In this document: in pieces, positions 11,235-21,686 of the stretch
Layout of the letters: every line of letters starts with the position of its first letter
How positions within the stretch are numbered: position 1 is the stretch's first letter
From: an uncultured Pelagibacteraceae bacterium
GTDB lineage: Bacteria; Pseudomonadota; Alphaproteobacteria; Pelagibacterales; Pelagibacteraceae
NCBI GenBank assembly: GCA_902538255.1
Contig: CACBEJ010000002.1
Span: 45,381 to 109,380, forward strand
Length of the DNA: 64,000 nucleotides
Reading direction: 5' to 3'
Notes under the pieces: generated by a model
Seen by the model: only the letters and a program-made list of their open reading frames with translations
Database searches by the model: none
What the model was told of the DNA's origin: nothing
Program-made: the position numbers and the translations under genes

Positions 11235-12317
11235 CTAACTACACTGGGCTTTATTCATTAAGTAGTGGTCAAGTAAAACACAGTTCATCATAGCTTCACC
11301 AATTGGTACAGCTCTAATTCCTACACAAGGATCGTGTCTACCTTTAACAGATATTGAAGTATTTTTTCCAAATTTATTTATAGTTTTTCTACTAGTTAAA
11401 ATTGACGATGTTGGTTTGACAGCAAAAGATGCAACAATTTCTTGGCCTGTAGAAATTCCACCAAGAATTCCACCCGCTTTATTTGAATTGAATTTTAATT
11501 TATTTCCTTTTGAAGAAATTTCATCTGAATTTTGTTCTCCACTTAATTGTGCTGAGTTCATTCCTGCACCAATATTTACACCTTTAACTGCATTAATACT
11601 CATTAGACCTGAAGCTATGTCAGTATCCAATTTTGAATAAATTGGAGCACCTAAACCAACTGGGATACCTCTCGCTCTTATTTCAATTACTGCCCCACAT
11701 GAGGATCCTGATTTTCTTACACCAAGCAAGTATTTTTCCCATAATTTAATCATTGATTTATCAGGACAAAAAAATGGATTTTTTGAAATTACTTTATCGT
11801 TCCATTGATTTGTATCACATCCAAGAATTCCTAGCTGAGTTACTGCACCAATTACATTAAATTTTTTACCTAATTTTTTTTGAAGTACTACTTTTGCTAT
11901 TGCACCTGCCGCAACTCGTGCTGCAGTTTCTCTAGCAGAAGATCTGCCACCACCTCTATAGTCTCTAATTCCATATTTTTTAAAATAAGTAAAATCTGCA
12001 TGACCTGGTCTGAACTTATTTTTAATATTACTATAATCTTTGGATCTCATATCTTTATTGTAGATTATGAGAGAAATAGGTGTTCCTGTAGTTTTACCCT
12101 CAAATATTCCTGACAATATTTGAACTTTATCATCCTCTTTTCGCTGAGTTGTAAATTTAGATTGTCCTGGTTTTCTTTTGTCCAATTCTATTTGAATATT
12201 TTGCTCTTTAAGATTTATGTTTGGAGGACAACCATCGACAATACAACCAATTGCAGGCCCATGTGACTCTCCCCAAGTTGTGAAACGAAATAGCTTTCCA
12301 AAAGTATTAAATGACAT
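11235..12317 (-). CDS. aroC: Chorismate synthase
   Basis: [35 protein letters not shown]. Confidence 0.98.
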   Translation of the reverse strand: MSFNTFGKLFRFTTWGESHGPAIGCIVDGCPPNINLKEQNIQIELDKRKPGQSKFTTQRKEDDKVQILSGIFEGKTTGTPISLIIYNKDMRSKDYSNIKNKFRPGHADFTYFKKYGIRDYRGGGRSSARETAARVAAGAIAKVVLQKKLGKKFNVIGAVTQLGILGCDTNQWNDKVISKNPFFCPDKSMIKLWEKYLLGVRKSGSSCGAVIEIRARGIPVGLGAPIYSKLDTDIASGLMSINAVKGVNIGAGMNSAQLSGEQNSDEISSKGNKLKFNSNKAGGILGGISTGQEIVASFAVKPTSSILTSRKTINKFGKNTSISVKGRHDPCVGIRAVPIGEAMMNCVLLDHYLMNKAQCS

Positions 12318-12350
12318 TATTTATATTATATAGATTATTTTGTTAAAATT

Positions 12351-12977
12351 ATGAATCAAAAAAACTCTTTAGGTCTTAATAGTTGCTTTCTTGATGTAGA
12401 CGATCCAATTCAATTATTTCATAATTGGATGGAGGAAGCAAAGAAAACTGAGCCAAATGATCCAAACGCTGTTGCTTTGGCCACATCAAATAAAAACAAT
12501 ATTCCTTCAGTTAGAATGGTTTTACTTAAAGATTTCAACAAAGATGGATTTGTATTTTATACAAATTTAAACAGTCAAAAGGGAAATGAATTAAAAGAAA
12601 ATCCACATGCTGCGATGTGTTTCCATTGGAAAAGTCTCCTAAGACAAATAAGAATTAATGGAAAGCTGTCATTAGTTTCTGATCAGGTTGCAGATGAATA
12701 TTATTCATCTAGAGCGTATGAAAGTCGAATAGGAGCATGGGCATCTAAGCAAAGTGAAGAATTAAATTCCCGAGAACAATTGTTAAAATCTATACAAGAT
12801 TACAAAAAAAAATATAGCAACAAATTAGATGTACCAAGACCAAGTCACTGGTCTGGATGGATTTTATATCCAGATAGTATTGAATTTTGGCTAGATGGTG
12901 AGAACAGAATTCACGAAAGGTTAAAATACAATAAAGATAACTCTGGGAAGTGGATAAAGTCTTTATTAAGTCCTTAA
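12351..12977 (+). CDS. pdxH: Pyridoxamine 5'-phosphate oxidase
   Basis: RMVLLK, FYTN.NSQKG, GAWASKQS, EFW...RIHER. Confidence 0.96.
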   Translation: MNQKNSLGLNSCFLDVDDPIQLFHNWMEEAKKTEPNDPNAVALATSNKNNIPSVRMVLLKDFNKDGFVFYTNLNSQKGNELKENPHAAMCFHWKSLLRQIRINGKLSLVSDQVADEYYSSRAYESRIGAWASKQSEELNSREQLLKSIQDYKKKYSNKLDVPRPSHWSGWILYPDSIEFWLDGENRIHERLKYNKDNSGKWIKSLLSP

Positions 12978-13987
12978 AAATTTCTTGATAAACTAAATGA
13001 TGTTAATCTTTTAAGAATATTTTTTTCTTTAGAGTCTTTAAATACACTTAGAGAATTTGAAGCTAAGTTTATATAATGCTGAGCTTTTTGGTAGCATTCC
13101 TGAATTATTTTATACTTATTTATAAGAGCAATAACATTATTTAGGTCGTCTTTTGTTCTTACATCTTTGTTAAACATGCTTGATAGAATTTTTTTTTCAT
13201 CAACTCCTAGTTTTTGAAAAAGTAAGATTATTGGTAAAGTAATTTTTCCTTCAAAAAAATCTTGTCCAATCTTTTTACCAAATAGTTTTAGTTCAGCGTT
13301 ATAGTCAAGTGTATCATCTGCTATTTGAAAAGTTAATCCCAAGTTTCTTCCGTAAAATTCTAAAGCATCTTTTTCTTTATTTTCTACACCAGATAAAATT
13401 GCACCAACTTTAGTTGCTGCTGCAAATAATTCAGCAGTCTTAGCTGAGATTATTTTTAAATATGTCTCCTCTAGCATATCAACTTCACCTTTGTGTTGAA
13501 GTTGCAGAACTTCACCTTGAGCAATTTTAGATGAAGTGGAAGATAATAATTTTAGTACTTCTAAGTTTCCATCTTCTACCATCATCTCAAAACATCTACT
13601 CAATAAATAGTCACCAATTAAAACCGATGAATGATTATTCCAAACTTTATTTAAAGTTTCTTTTCCTCTTCTAACAGTACCTTCGTCAATTACATCATCA
13701 TGCATTAATGTTGCGCTGTGAATCAACTCAACACATGCAGCTAAATTTATATCTCTAGAGCCTTTTGCGTAACCACATAATTTTGCACTACCCAAAGTTA
13801 GTAAAGCTCTTAATCTTTTACCTCCTGTCTCGATGTGGTAATCTGTCATTTTTTGGACCAGCTGTACGTCACTAGATAATTTTGATTTTATTTTTTCTTC
13901 GGTTAAAACAAGTTTTTCTTCAACAGAATCTTTAAGCTGAAAATATGAATCATTTATCTGGTTTTTAAGCTGTACAACAGTTCCCAT
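12974..13987 (-). CDS. ispB: Long-chain (octa/decaprenyl) diphosphate synthase
   Basis: GGKRLR, ELIHSATLMHDDVID..RRG, FQIADD, GKITLP. Confidence 0.9.
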   Translation of the reverse strand: MGTVVQLKNQINDSYFQLKDSVEEKLVLTEEKIKSKLSSDVQLVQKMTDYHIETGGKRLRALLTLGSAKLCGYAKGSRDINLAACVELIHSATLMHDDVIDEGTVRRGKETLNKVWNNHSSVLIGDYLLSRCFEMMVEDGNLEVLKLLSSTSSKIAQGEVLQLQHKGEVDMLEETYLKIISAKTAELFAAATKVGAILSGVENKEKDALEFYGRNLGLTFQIADDTLDYNAELKLFGKKIGQDFFEGKITLPIILLFQKLGVDEKKILSSMFNKDVRTKDDLNNVIALINKYKIIQECYQKAQHYINLASNSLSVFKDSKEKNILKRLTSFSLSRNF

Positions 13988-14033
13988 AACAATTTCAAAT
14001 TAGTATAATTTGTTTGTATATATTACTTATCAA

Positions 14034-14061
14034 TTGACGCACCATTTTCTTCAATTATAAG
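14034..14061 (+). promoter_or_regulatory. Putative sigma70 promoter of the S49 peptidase-glyQ-glyS-ppdK operon
   Basis: TTGACG-16 nt-TATAAG, 40 nt upstream of the ATG at 14102. Confidence 0.45.
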
Positions 14062-14101
14062 TAGTCTTTATATTCAATAAATAATTCTATAAGACTTACC
14101 T

Positions 14102-14908
14102 ATGTTCTCTTTTTTTAAAAAGAAAAAAATTGTTGCTCACTTAAAATTAAGTGGTGTTATTGGTAACGCTGGAAAATTTAAACAAGGTATAGATTTTGCA
14201 GGTCAAGAAGAACTAATAAAAAAGGCTTTTTCTCTAAAAAAAGCGACATGTGTTGCTATATCAATCAATTCTCCAGGAGGATCTCCTGTTCAATCTCATT
14301 TAATCTACAGTTTTATTAGACAGCAAGCAAAAAAACACAAAAAAAAAGTTATTGTATTCGCTGAAGATGTTGCAGCCTCTGGAGGTTATTTGATTTCTTG
14401 TGCTGGGGATGAAATTTATGCAAATTCAAGTTCAATAATTGGATCTATAGGAGTAATATATTCTTCTTTTGGATTTACTGAGTTGATAAAAAAAATTGGG
14501 GTTGAAAGAAGAGTTCATACTGCAGGCAAAAACAAAAGCACCCTTGACCCATTTTTAGAGGAAAAAAATGAGGATATTGAAAGATTAAAAAATATTCAAT
14601 TAGATCTTCATAAAGACTTTATCGATGTTGTTGAAAAAAGCAGAGGATTAAAATTAAATAAATCTGATGTCGAACTTTTTTCAGGTGAGTTTTGGTCAGG
14701 AAGTAAAGCAAAAAATTTAGGATTGATTGATGGAATAGGTAATGCACACGAAGTATTAAAAGAGAAATTTGGTGAGGATGTAATTATTAAAAAATTTGAA
14801 AAATCAAAAGGATGGTTAAGTCAAAAACTTTCTTCATCTAGCAATCAAGTAGATCAAATAGCAAGTATTTTAGATGAAAGATCAATTTGGCAAAGATATG
14901 GTTTCTAA
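14102..14908 (+). CDS. S49 family peptidase (SppA/SohB-like)
   Basis: [38 protein letters not shown]. Confidence 0.92.
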   Translation: MFSFFKKKKIVAHLKLSGVIGNAGKFKQGIDFAGQEELIKKAFSLKKATCVAISINSPGGSPVQSHLIYSFIRQQAKKHKKKVIVFAEDVAASGGYLISCAGDEIYANSSSIIGSIGVIYSSFGFTELIKKIGVERRVHTAGKNKSTLDPFLEEKNEDIERLKNIQLDLHKDFIDVVEKSRGLKLNKSDVELFSGEFWSGSKAKNLGLIDGIGNAHEVLKEKFGEDVIIKKFEKSKGWLSQKLSSSSNQVDQIASILDERSIWQRYGF

Positions 14909-15779
14909 AGCAAAAAAAGAAAAAAAAAAAATTCAAACATTCCAAGAAACAATTTTAAATCTTCAGAAATTTTGGAGTAAAAAAGGATGCATTATTCTTC
15001 AGCCTTACGATATGGAGGTTGGTGCAGGAACTTTTCATCCTGCTACTACTCTAAGATCACTTGGAAATAAACCATGGAAAGCAGCTTACGTACAACCATC
15101 AAGAAGACCTACAGATGGAAGATATGGAGACAACCCAAACAGGTTACAACACTATTATCAATTTCAAGTTTTAATTAAACCTTCCCCTGAAAATATAAAA
15201 AAACTTTACCTAAATAGTTTATCTACTATAGGAATAGATCATAATGATCATGATATAAGGTTTGTTGAAGATGATTGGGAAAGTCCAACATTAGGTGCTG
15301 CAGGGTTGGGATGGGAAGTATGGTGTGATGGAATGGAAATTACTCAATTCACTTATTTTCAACAAATGGCTGGATTCGATTGCAAACCTGTATCTGTTGA
15401 AATTACTTATGGCTTAGAAAGAATCTGTATGTTCACTCAAAAAGAGAAAAATGTTTATGATTTATTATGGAATGATGAAGGTGTAAAATATCACGAAGTT
15501 TTTCATCAAGCTGAAAAAGAATTTTCAGCATATAATTTTGAACATGCGAATGTAGAATCACTTTTTAAAATGTTTGAAATGCATGAGTCCGAGGCAAAAG
15601 ATTTGGTGGAAAAAAAAATTTCTTTACCAGCATATGATCAATGTTTAAAAGCTAGCCATGTATTTAATATTTTAGATGCAAGAGGTGCAATCAGTGTTGC
15701 ACAAAGAGCAGGTTATATAGCTAGAATAAGAGATATTACAAAATCTGCAGCAGGCGTTTGGTTAGATAGTCAAAAATAA
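14898..15779 (+). CDS. glyQ: Glycine-tRNA ligase alpha subunit
   Basis: [46 protein letters not shown]; ATG 14898 preferred to 14874 (smaller overlap). Confidence 0.98.
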   Translation: MVSKAKKEKKKIQTFQETILNLQKFWSKKGCIILQPYDMEVGAGTFHPATTLRSLGNKPWKAAYVQPSRRPTDGRYGDNPNRLQHYYQFQVLIKPSPENIKKLYLNSLSTIGIDHNDHDIRFVEDDWESPTLGAAGLGWEVWCDGMEITQFTYFQQMAGFDCKPVSVEITYGLERICMFTQKEKNVYDLLWNDEGVKYHEVFHQAEKEFSAYNFEHANVESLFKMFEMHESEAKDLVEKKISLPAYDQCLKASHVFNILDARGAISVAQRAGYIARIRDITKSAAGVWLDSQK

Positions 15780-17845
15780 TGTCAGAGTTTTTTTTAGAAT
15801 TATTTAGTGAGGAAATACCCTCAAATCTTCAACAAAATTTAAGGAAAGACTTACTTAAAAGTTTTAATGATTTTTTTTTAGAAAGATCAATTTTATTTAA
15901 AAAAAGCTCATCATACTCAACACCAAACAGACTAGTGGTATTGTTTGAAGGTGTTCAAAAAAATGTTGTATTAAAATCTGAGGAGATTAAAGGTCCAAAT
16001 ATCAAGTCACCAGAGGTAGCACTAGATGGGTTTGTTAGGTCAAATAAAATATCAAAAAAGGATCTTTATCAAAAGAAAACTGATAAAGGAGAATTTTATT
16101 TTCTCAAGACAAAATCAAAAAAATTGCACACACATGAATTGTTAGAGGAATCCATTCCAATATTGTTAAGTAAAATTCAATGGAAAAAATCAATGAATTG
16201 GGGAACTTTTGACCTAAATTGGGGGAGACCGTTAAAATCAATTCTAGCTGTATTTGATAAAAAAAAATTAAATTTTAATTTTCACCATCTAACATCTTCT
16301 AACTCAACTTTTATTGATAAAGAATTTGAGGAAAATAAAAAGTTATTCTTAGAATTTAAAAATTATAAAAGTTTTTTCAAAAAAATTGATATTATTGTTG
16401 ATCACAACGAAAGAAAAAAGTTAATAGAAAAAAAATTCAACAATATATTAAAAAATAGAAATATTAAGATTCAACATAATCCTAGATTGCTTAATGAGGT
16501 TGTAGATTTAACAGATCAACCAAATATCCTTCTTTGTGAGTTTGATAAGAAATTTTTGAATATTCCAAACGAAATATTAATTATTACCATGCAATACCAT
16601 CAAAAATACTTCCCTATATTTGATAATAAAGAAAATGTTACTAATGAGTTTTTAGTGGTTGCAAACAAAAAAGATAAAAAGGGATTAATTAAATTAGGAA
16701 ATGAAAGAGTGGTCGAAGCAAGATTAACTGACGCAGAATTTTTTTGGAAAAAAGATAAATCTCAAAATATGGTCAAAAAAGTTACTGAATTAAAATCAAT
16801 GAATTATTTTAGAGGATTAGGAAGTTATTTTGATAAAGCTCAAAGAATGAGAAAATTGGGTGGAATGATATCCGATGAACTTTTAATAAGTAAAGAAAAA
16901 GTTGAATTATCAGCATCAATTTGTAAAGTTGATTTATTATCAGAGCTAGTTGGTGAATTCCCAGAACTACAAGGTGTGATGGGAGGTTATTTTGCTATTG
17001 CACAAGGTTTTGATAAAGATTTGGCTTTGGCCATAAGTGAGCAATATTTACCTACAGGATCAGGCTCAAGAATCCCAAAAAAACCATTTAGCATAGCCCT
17101 TTCTTTAGCTGATAAGATTGATACTTTAGTCGGTTTTTTTGGTTTAAATCAAAAGCCAACTAGTTCTAAAGATCCATATGCTCTTAGAAGATTAGCATTA
17201 GGAGTAATAAGAATAATAGTTGAAAATAAAAAAGATTTTAAAATAAAAGATTTAATTAATTATTCTTTGAGCCTGTATTTAGACCAAGGTTTTGAAATTG
17301 ATAATAAATCCTTACAAAGTGAGTTATCAGAATTTTTAATGGATAGATTAAGATATCACATGAAGGAAGAAAATATTAGAAATGATATAGTTCAAGCATC
17401 AACCAGTTCTTTTAACTTAGATCAATCTGTTATTATTTTTAATAAAGCTAAACATTTAAATAAAATTATTAACAAACCAGATGGTTTAGATATTATTGCA
17501 AGCTATAAAAGAGCCTCAAACATTTTAGAGAGTGAATTAAAAAATAATAAAATAGAATTATCAAATACAACTGATCCTGGTATTTTTAAAACTGAGTTAG
17601 AAAAAAACCTATTTAAAAAAATTAGTGAATTAAGGAAATATTTTTCAAAAATTAATAAAGATGAAAATTATGTTCAAACATTGGACAATTTAGCTAGTGT
17701 TAAAAGAGAGGTTTTTGAGTTTTTTGATAATGTAATTGTGAACGAGGATGATCCAGTCGTAAAGAAGAATAGGCTGGAACTAATCCAAATGATGTGTAAA
17801 ACGTTCAACAATTATGTTAACTTTTCTCTAATCGACTCCCATTAA
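15779..17845 (+). CDS. glyS: Glycine-tRNA ligase beta subunit
   Basis: FFLELFSEEIP, STPNRL, VGEFPELQG, KDPYALRR, DALR-type C-terminus. Confidence 0.97.
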   Translation: MSEFFLELFSEEIPSNLQQNLRKDLLKSFNDFFLERSILFKKSSSYSTPNRLVVLFEGVQKNVVLKSEEIKGPNIKSPEVALDGFVRSNKISKKDLYQKKTDKGEFYFLKTKSKKLHTHELLEESIPILLSKIQWKKSMNWGTFDLNWGRPLKSILAVFDKKKLNFNFHHLTSSNSTFIDKEFEENKKLFLEFKNYKSFFKKIDIIVDHNERKKLIEKKFNNILKNRNIKIQHNPRLLNEVVDLTDQPNILLCEFDKKFLNIPNEILIITMQYHQKYFPIFDNKENVTNEFLVVANKKDKKGLIKLGNERVVEARLTDAEFFWKKDKSQNMVKKVTELKSMNYFRGLGSYFDKAQRMRKLGGMISDELLISKEKVELSASICKVDLLSELVGEFPELQGVMGGYFAIAQGFDKDLALAISEQYLPTGSGSRIPKKPFSIALSLADKIDTLVGFFGLNQKPTSSKDPYALRRLALGVIRIIVENKKDFKIKDLINYSLSLYLDQGFEIDNKSLQSELSEFLMDRLRYHMKEENIRNDIVQASTSSFNLDQSVIIFNKAKHLNKIINKPDGLDIIASYKRASNILESELKNNKIELSNTTDPGIFKTELEKNLFKKISELRKYFSKINKDENYVQTLDNLASVKREVFEFFDNVIVNEDDPVVKKNRLELIQMMCKTFNNYVNFSLIDSH

Positions 17846-20511
17846 TGAAAAAACTTATATTAAACTTTAATTCTAAGGATAGTAGAAAAATTAAAAATCC
17901 TAAAAACTTTTTAGGAGGAAAAGGTGCTAATCTCTCCGAAATGGGAAGAATGGGTCTTCCAGTGCCTCCTGGTTTTACAATATCTACAAAAGTTTGTGAA
18001 ATTTTTTATAAAGAAAAAAAAAAATTAAATAAAAATTTAATTTCTCAAATTAAAAAAGAATTAAAATTAATCGAAAAAGATGTTTCTAAGAAATTTGGGG
18101 ACTTAAAAAATCCACTTTTGTTGTCTGTGCGGTCTGGTGCAAGAGTATCAATGCCAGGTATGATGGATACTATTCTAAATCTGGGTCTGAACGATAAAAC
18201 AGTCAAAGCTTTAGCAATTAAAACTTTAAATGGAAGATTTGCTAAAGACAGTTATAGGAGATTCATTCAAATGTACGGTAATGTTGTAATGGGTGTAGAA
18301 GGTTATCATTTTGAGGAATTAATTGAAAATTATAAACTTACGAAAGGTGTTTTATTAGATACAGATTTAGATGAAAGTGATTGGGACGGATTAATTGAGG
18401 ATTTTAAAAGAACAGTGAGAGAAAAGACAAATAAAGATTTTCCCCAAGATGTTCATGAACAATTGCTGGGAGCAATAAGTGCAGTATTTTTATCGTGGGA
18501 GAGCAATAGAGCAAAAGTTTACAGAAAACTAAATCAAATCCCAGCCGAGTGGGGAACTGCGGTAAATGTTCAATCAATGGTTTTTGGAAATATGGGTGAT
18601 GATTGTGCAACAGGTGTTGTGTTTACAAGAAATCCATCAGATGGATCAAATGAAATATATGGTGAGTATTTAATTAATGCGCAAGGTGAAGATGTTGTAG
18701 CGGGTACAAGGACTCCTCAATATATAACAAAAAAAGCTAGGAGAGATGCTAAAGTAAAAGATTTATCAATGGAAGAATCTATGCCTAAAGTCTTTAAAGT
18801 ACTTCAAAAAATTTTGAAAAAATTAGAGATGCATTACAAAGATATGCAAGACGTAGAGTTTACAGTTGAAAATAGTAAACTATGGATGCTTCAAACAAGA
18901 TCAGGAAAAAGAACAGCAAAATCAGCAGTCAAGATCGCAGTTGATATGGTTAAAGAAAAATTAATATCTAAAAAGCAAGCTGTATTAAGAATTGACCCAA
19001 ATTCTTTAGACACACTTTTGCACCCTACTTTGGATGAAAAAAGTTCAATTAATATAATAGCAAATGGATTGCCTGCATCGCCAGGTGCAGCCAGTGGTAA
19101 AGTTGTATTTACATCTGAAGAGGCTGAAAGATTAACCGCAATGATGCAAGATACAATTTTGGTTAGAGTAGAGACCTCTCCAGAAGATATACAAGGAATG
19201 CATGCTGCTAAAGGAATTTTGACTGCCAGAGGAGGAATGACAAGTCATGCAGCTGTTGTTGCGAGAGGTATGGGTAGACCATGTGTATCAGGATCAAGTG
19301 AAATTGATATAAACTATGAAAACAAATCTTTTAAAACTTCTTCAATGGAAATTAAAGAAGGAGACGTAATCACTATTGATGGATCAACTGGAAGAATTAT
19401 CGCTGGAAGTGTTTCAACTGTTAAGCCTGAAATATCTGGTGATTTTTCCAAGTTAATGTCTTGGGCAGATAGCTTTAGAAAATTAAAAGTAAGAACAAAT
19501 TCTGAAACTCCAAAAGATACCAAAACAGCAAAAGATTTTGGTGCAGAGGGTATTGGATTATGTAGAACTGAACATATGTTTTTTGATGAAGAACGGATTT
19601 TATCTGTAAGAGAAATGATATTATCTAAAACAAAAGAAGACAGAGCAATAGCATTACAAAAACTATTACCGCATCAAAGAAAAGATTTTATAGATATTTT
19701 CAAAATAATGAGCGGATTACCAGTCACAGTTAGATTATTGGACCCACCATTACATGAGTTTTTACCACGCACAGAAAAGGAAATTAATGAGATTGCTAGT
19801 ATGGTTAATCTACCAATTAATGAGGTTGAGTCAAGAATTGAAGAACTACATGAGCAAAATCCTATGTTAGGTCATAGAGGATGTCGTCTGGGAATATCTT
19901 TTCCTGAAATTTATGAAATGCAATGCAAAGCAATATTTGAAGCTTTGGCTTTCCTTAAAAAAAATAAAATTAAATCTGCATTTCCTGAAATAATGATACC
20001 TTTAGTATCTACAGAGACTGAGATTAAAATAATGAAAGAGTTAGTAATTAGAACTGCTAGTCAAGTTCAACAAGAAAATAAGTTGAAAATAGAGTTTTTA
20101 GTAGGAACGATGATTGAATTACCTAGAGCGGCAATAAAAGCAAATGAGATCGCTAAACATGCAGAATTTTTTAGTTTTGGAACAAATGATTTAACTCAGA
20201 CTACTTTTGGGATCAGTAGAGATGATAGTGGTAAATTTTTAAATGATTATTTAGAAAACAAAATATTTTCTATTGACCCATTTGTTTCAATAGATGAAGG
20301 AGTTTCAGATTTAGTTGAAATAGCAGTAGAAAAAGGACGAAAACAAAACAAAAATCTAAAATTAGGTATCTGTGGAGAGCATGGAGGAGATCCACATAGT
20401 ATATCTTTTTGCTCTAACGCAGGATTGAATTATGTTTCTTGCTCACCTTATAGAGTTCCTATTGCAAGGTTGGCTGCCGCTCAAGCTGAAATTAAAAAAA
20501 AATTAAATTAA
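17845..20511 (+). CDS. ppdK: Pyruvate, phosphate dikinase
   Basis: LGGKGANL, SVRSGARVSMPGMMDT, GGMTSHAAVVAR phospho-His motif, FGTNDLTQ, CGEHGG. Confidence 0.98.
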   Translation: MKKLILNFNSKDSRKIKNPKNFLGGKGANLSEMGRMGLPVPPGFTISTKVCEIFYKEKKKLNKNLISQIKKELKLIEKDVSKKFGDLKNPLLLSVRSGARVSMPGMMDTILNLGLNDKTVKALAIKTLNGRFAKDSYRRFIQMYGNVVMGVEGYHFEELIENYKLTKGVLLDTDLDESDWDGLIEDFKRTVREKTNKDFPQDVHEQLLGAISAVFLSWESNRAKVYRKLNQIPAEWGTAVNVQSMVFGNMGDDCATGVVFTRNPSDGSNEIYGEYLINAQGEDVVAGTRTPQYITKKARRDAKVKDLSMEESMPKVFKVLQKILKKLEMHYKDMQDVEFTVENSKLWMLQTRSGKRTAKSAVKIAVDMVKEKLISKKQAVLRIDPNSLDTLLHPTLDEKSSINIIANGLPASPGAASGKVVFTSEEAERLTAMMQDTILVRVETSPEDIQGMHAAKGILTARGGMTSHAAVVARGMGRPCVSGSSEIDINYENKSFKTSSMEIKEGDVITIDGSTGRIIAGSVSTVKPEISGDFSKLMSWADSFRKLKVRTNSETPKDTKTAKDFGAEGIGLCRTEHMFFDEERILSVREMILSKTKEDRAIALQKLLPHQRKDFIDIFKIMSGLPVTVRLLDPPLHEFLPRTEKEINEIASMVNLPINEVESRIEELHEQNPMLGHRGCRLGISFPEIYEMQCKAIFEALAFLKKNKIKSAFPEIMIPLVSTETEIKIMKELVIRTASQVQQENKLKIEFLVGTMIELPRAAIKANEIAKHAEFFSFGTNDLTQTTFGISRDDSGKFLNDYLENKIFSIDPFVSIDEGVSDLVEIAVEKGRKQNKNLKLGICGEHGGDPHSISFCSNAGLNYVSCSPYRVPIARLAAAQAEIKKKLN

Positions 20512-20617
20512 GTAGGGGGCGTTCTGCTGCCAGCTGCCCTTAACTTTGTTTCATTAATCCTTATATTTTATCTATTAGCAATCCTAAAATTTGCCTAATT
20601 ATAGAATAATCCCGAAT
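20511..20617 (-). repeat. Decayed duplicate of the 3' part of the tmRNA coding piece (att-like scar)
   Basis: 20511-20540 AGTAGGGGGCGTTCTGCTGCCAGCTGCCCT vs 21687-21715 AGTAGGGGCGTTCTGTTGCCAGGTGCCCC; second block TTAGCAAT..TAAAAT...AATAATCCCGAA vs TTAGCAAT..TAAAAT...AACAATCCCGAA. Confidence 0.85.
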
Positions 20618-20621
20618 AGAT

Positions 20622-20643
20622 TTCGAACAAAAAATTGTTCGAA
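20622..20643. repeat. Perfect inverted repeat TTCGAACAA-N4-TTGTTCGAA
   Basis: 9-bp arms with AAAA spacer, directly after the tmRNA-derived scar and directly before TTGACT. Confidence 0.7.
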
Positions 20644-20672
20644 TTGACTAAAGGATTTGTTAATCTTGGATA

Positions 20673-21599
20673 ATGAAAAAATTTTCGTCAATAATTTTTG
20701 TGTGTTTTATTATATTATTAATGTGCACAGAGGTTAATGCAAAAAGATACAGAGTAAATGACATAATTGAAAATCAATTTGTCATGAATAAAAAATTTAA
20801 ATTAAATTTGCCTGAGGGTAAATGGACAGTTATACGAAATTCCAGTGATTTCTATTATGGTCTTGTAAGCAAGGTTTATACTTTAGTAAGATTAGAAAAT
20901 AATGTTGCTGTAGAGTCAATAGAAATTGGTGAAATGAAAACCGCGGGCATTTATGAGAGCCTTGTAAACCAAGCAATATATGAAGCGCTTTTTAAAAATA
21001 AATATGATGGATGTTATGAGCGTCCTGAATATTTTATTGTTAAAGTTTATAAAAAAGGTAGCACACATAATTGTTTAGTAATTGATCATTCTGATGTTCA
21101 TAAAGACTTTTTTAATCCAGATGATCCAGAAATTGCTGATGCTAATGTAAAAAAATGGATAAAAGATCATAATATAGAATTACCCAAAGTGGGATTACGT
21201 AGTTTCCATGCTTATTTTTCTAGGTTAGCTAAAGGAAAATGGTACTTATTATCATATGGAATTGATCCGACGATTCTTAATGCACCAAAAAATAAATTTA
21301 TAAGTGAAGAAACTTCAGAATATCATAAAAATAATATTTCAAACTATCCTCAACATCAAAAAATTATGCAAAAATGGGTTTCAATTTCAGCAAAAAGACA
21401 TATTGAATTTGAAAATATAATTAAAATAATAGAAAGACACAAGCTAGATTTGAGCGCTTTATCACCTTCAACTTCTTTATCGATTAAAAATTTATCAAGT
21501 GATATTTTAGATCAAATAAATAAATTAAATGATTTATATAAAAGTGGTATATTAACGAAAGATGAATTTGAAAAAGCCAAAAAGAAAATATTAAACTAA
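20673..21599 (+). CDS. Hypothetical exported protein with C-terminal SHOCT-like domain
   Basis: N-terminal signal peptide (MKKFSSIIFVCFIILLM..VNA); C-terminus DQINKLNDLYKSGILTKDEFEKAKKKIL fits the SHOCT pattern. Confidence 0.75.
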   Translation: MKKFSSIIFVCFIILLMCTEVNAKRYRVNDIIENQFVMNKKFKLNLPEGKWTVIRNSSDFYYGLVSKVYTLVRLENNVAVESIEIGEMKTAGIYESLVNQAIYEALFKNKYDGCYERPEYFIVKVYKKGSTHNCLVIDHSDVHKDFFNPDDPEIADANVKKWIKDHNIELPKVGLRSFHAYFSRLAKGKWYLLSYGIDPTILNAPKNKFISEETSEYHKNNISNYPQHQKIMQKWVSISAKRHIEFENIIKIIERHKLDLSALSPSTSLSIKNLSSDILDQINKLNDLYKSGILTKDEFEKAKKKILN

Positions 21600-21686
21600 A
21601 TATTTAATAATAATTCCGAACACAGTCCGAATCCTAAAGTTGTATTTTTTAAATAACGTTGATACTGCAAACTAAATTAACAAATG

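Noticed and set aside
14061-14099. Imperfect inverted repeat (GTAGTCTTTATA...TATAAGACTTAC) ahead of the S49-glyQS operon, considered as a glycine-responsive leader
   Set aside because: Weak, AT-rich and bulged; the 5' arm overlaps the predicted -10/+1; no glycine riboswitch or T-box features.
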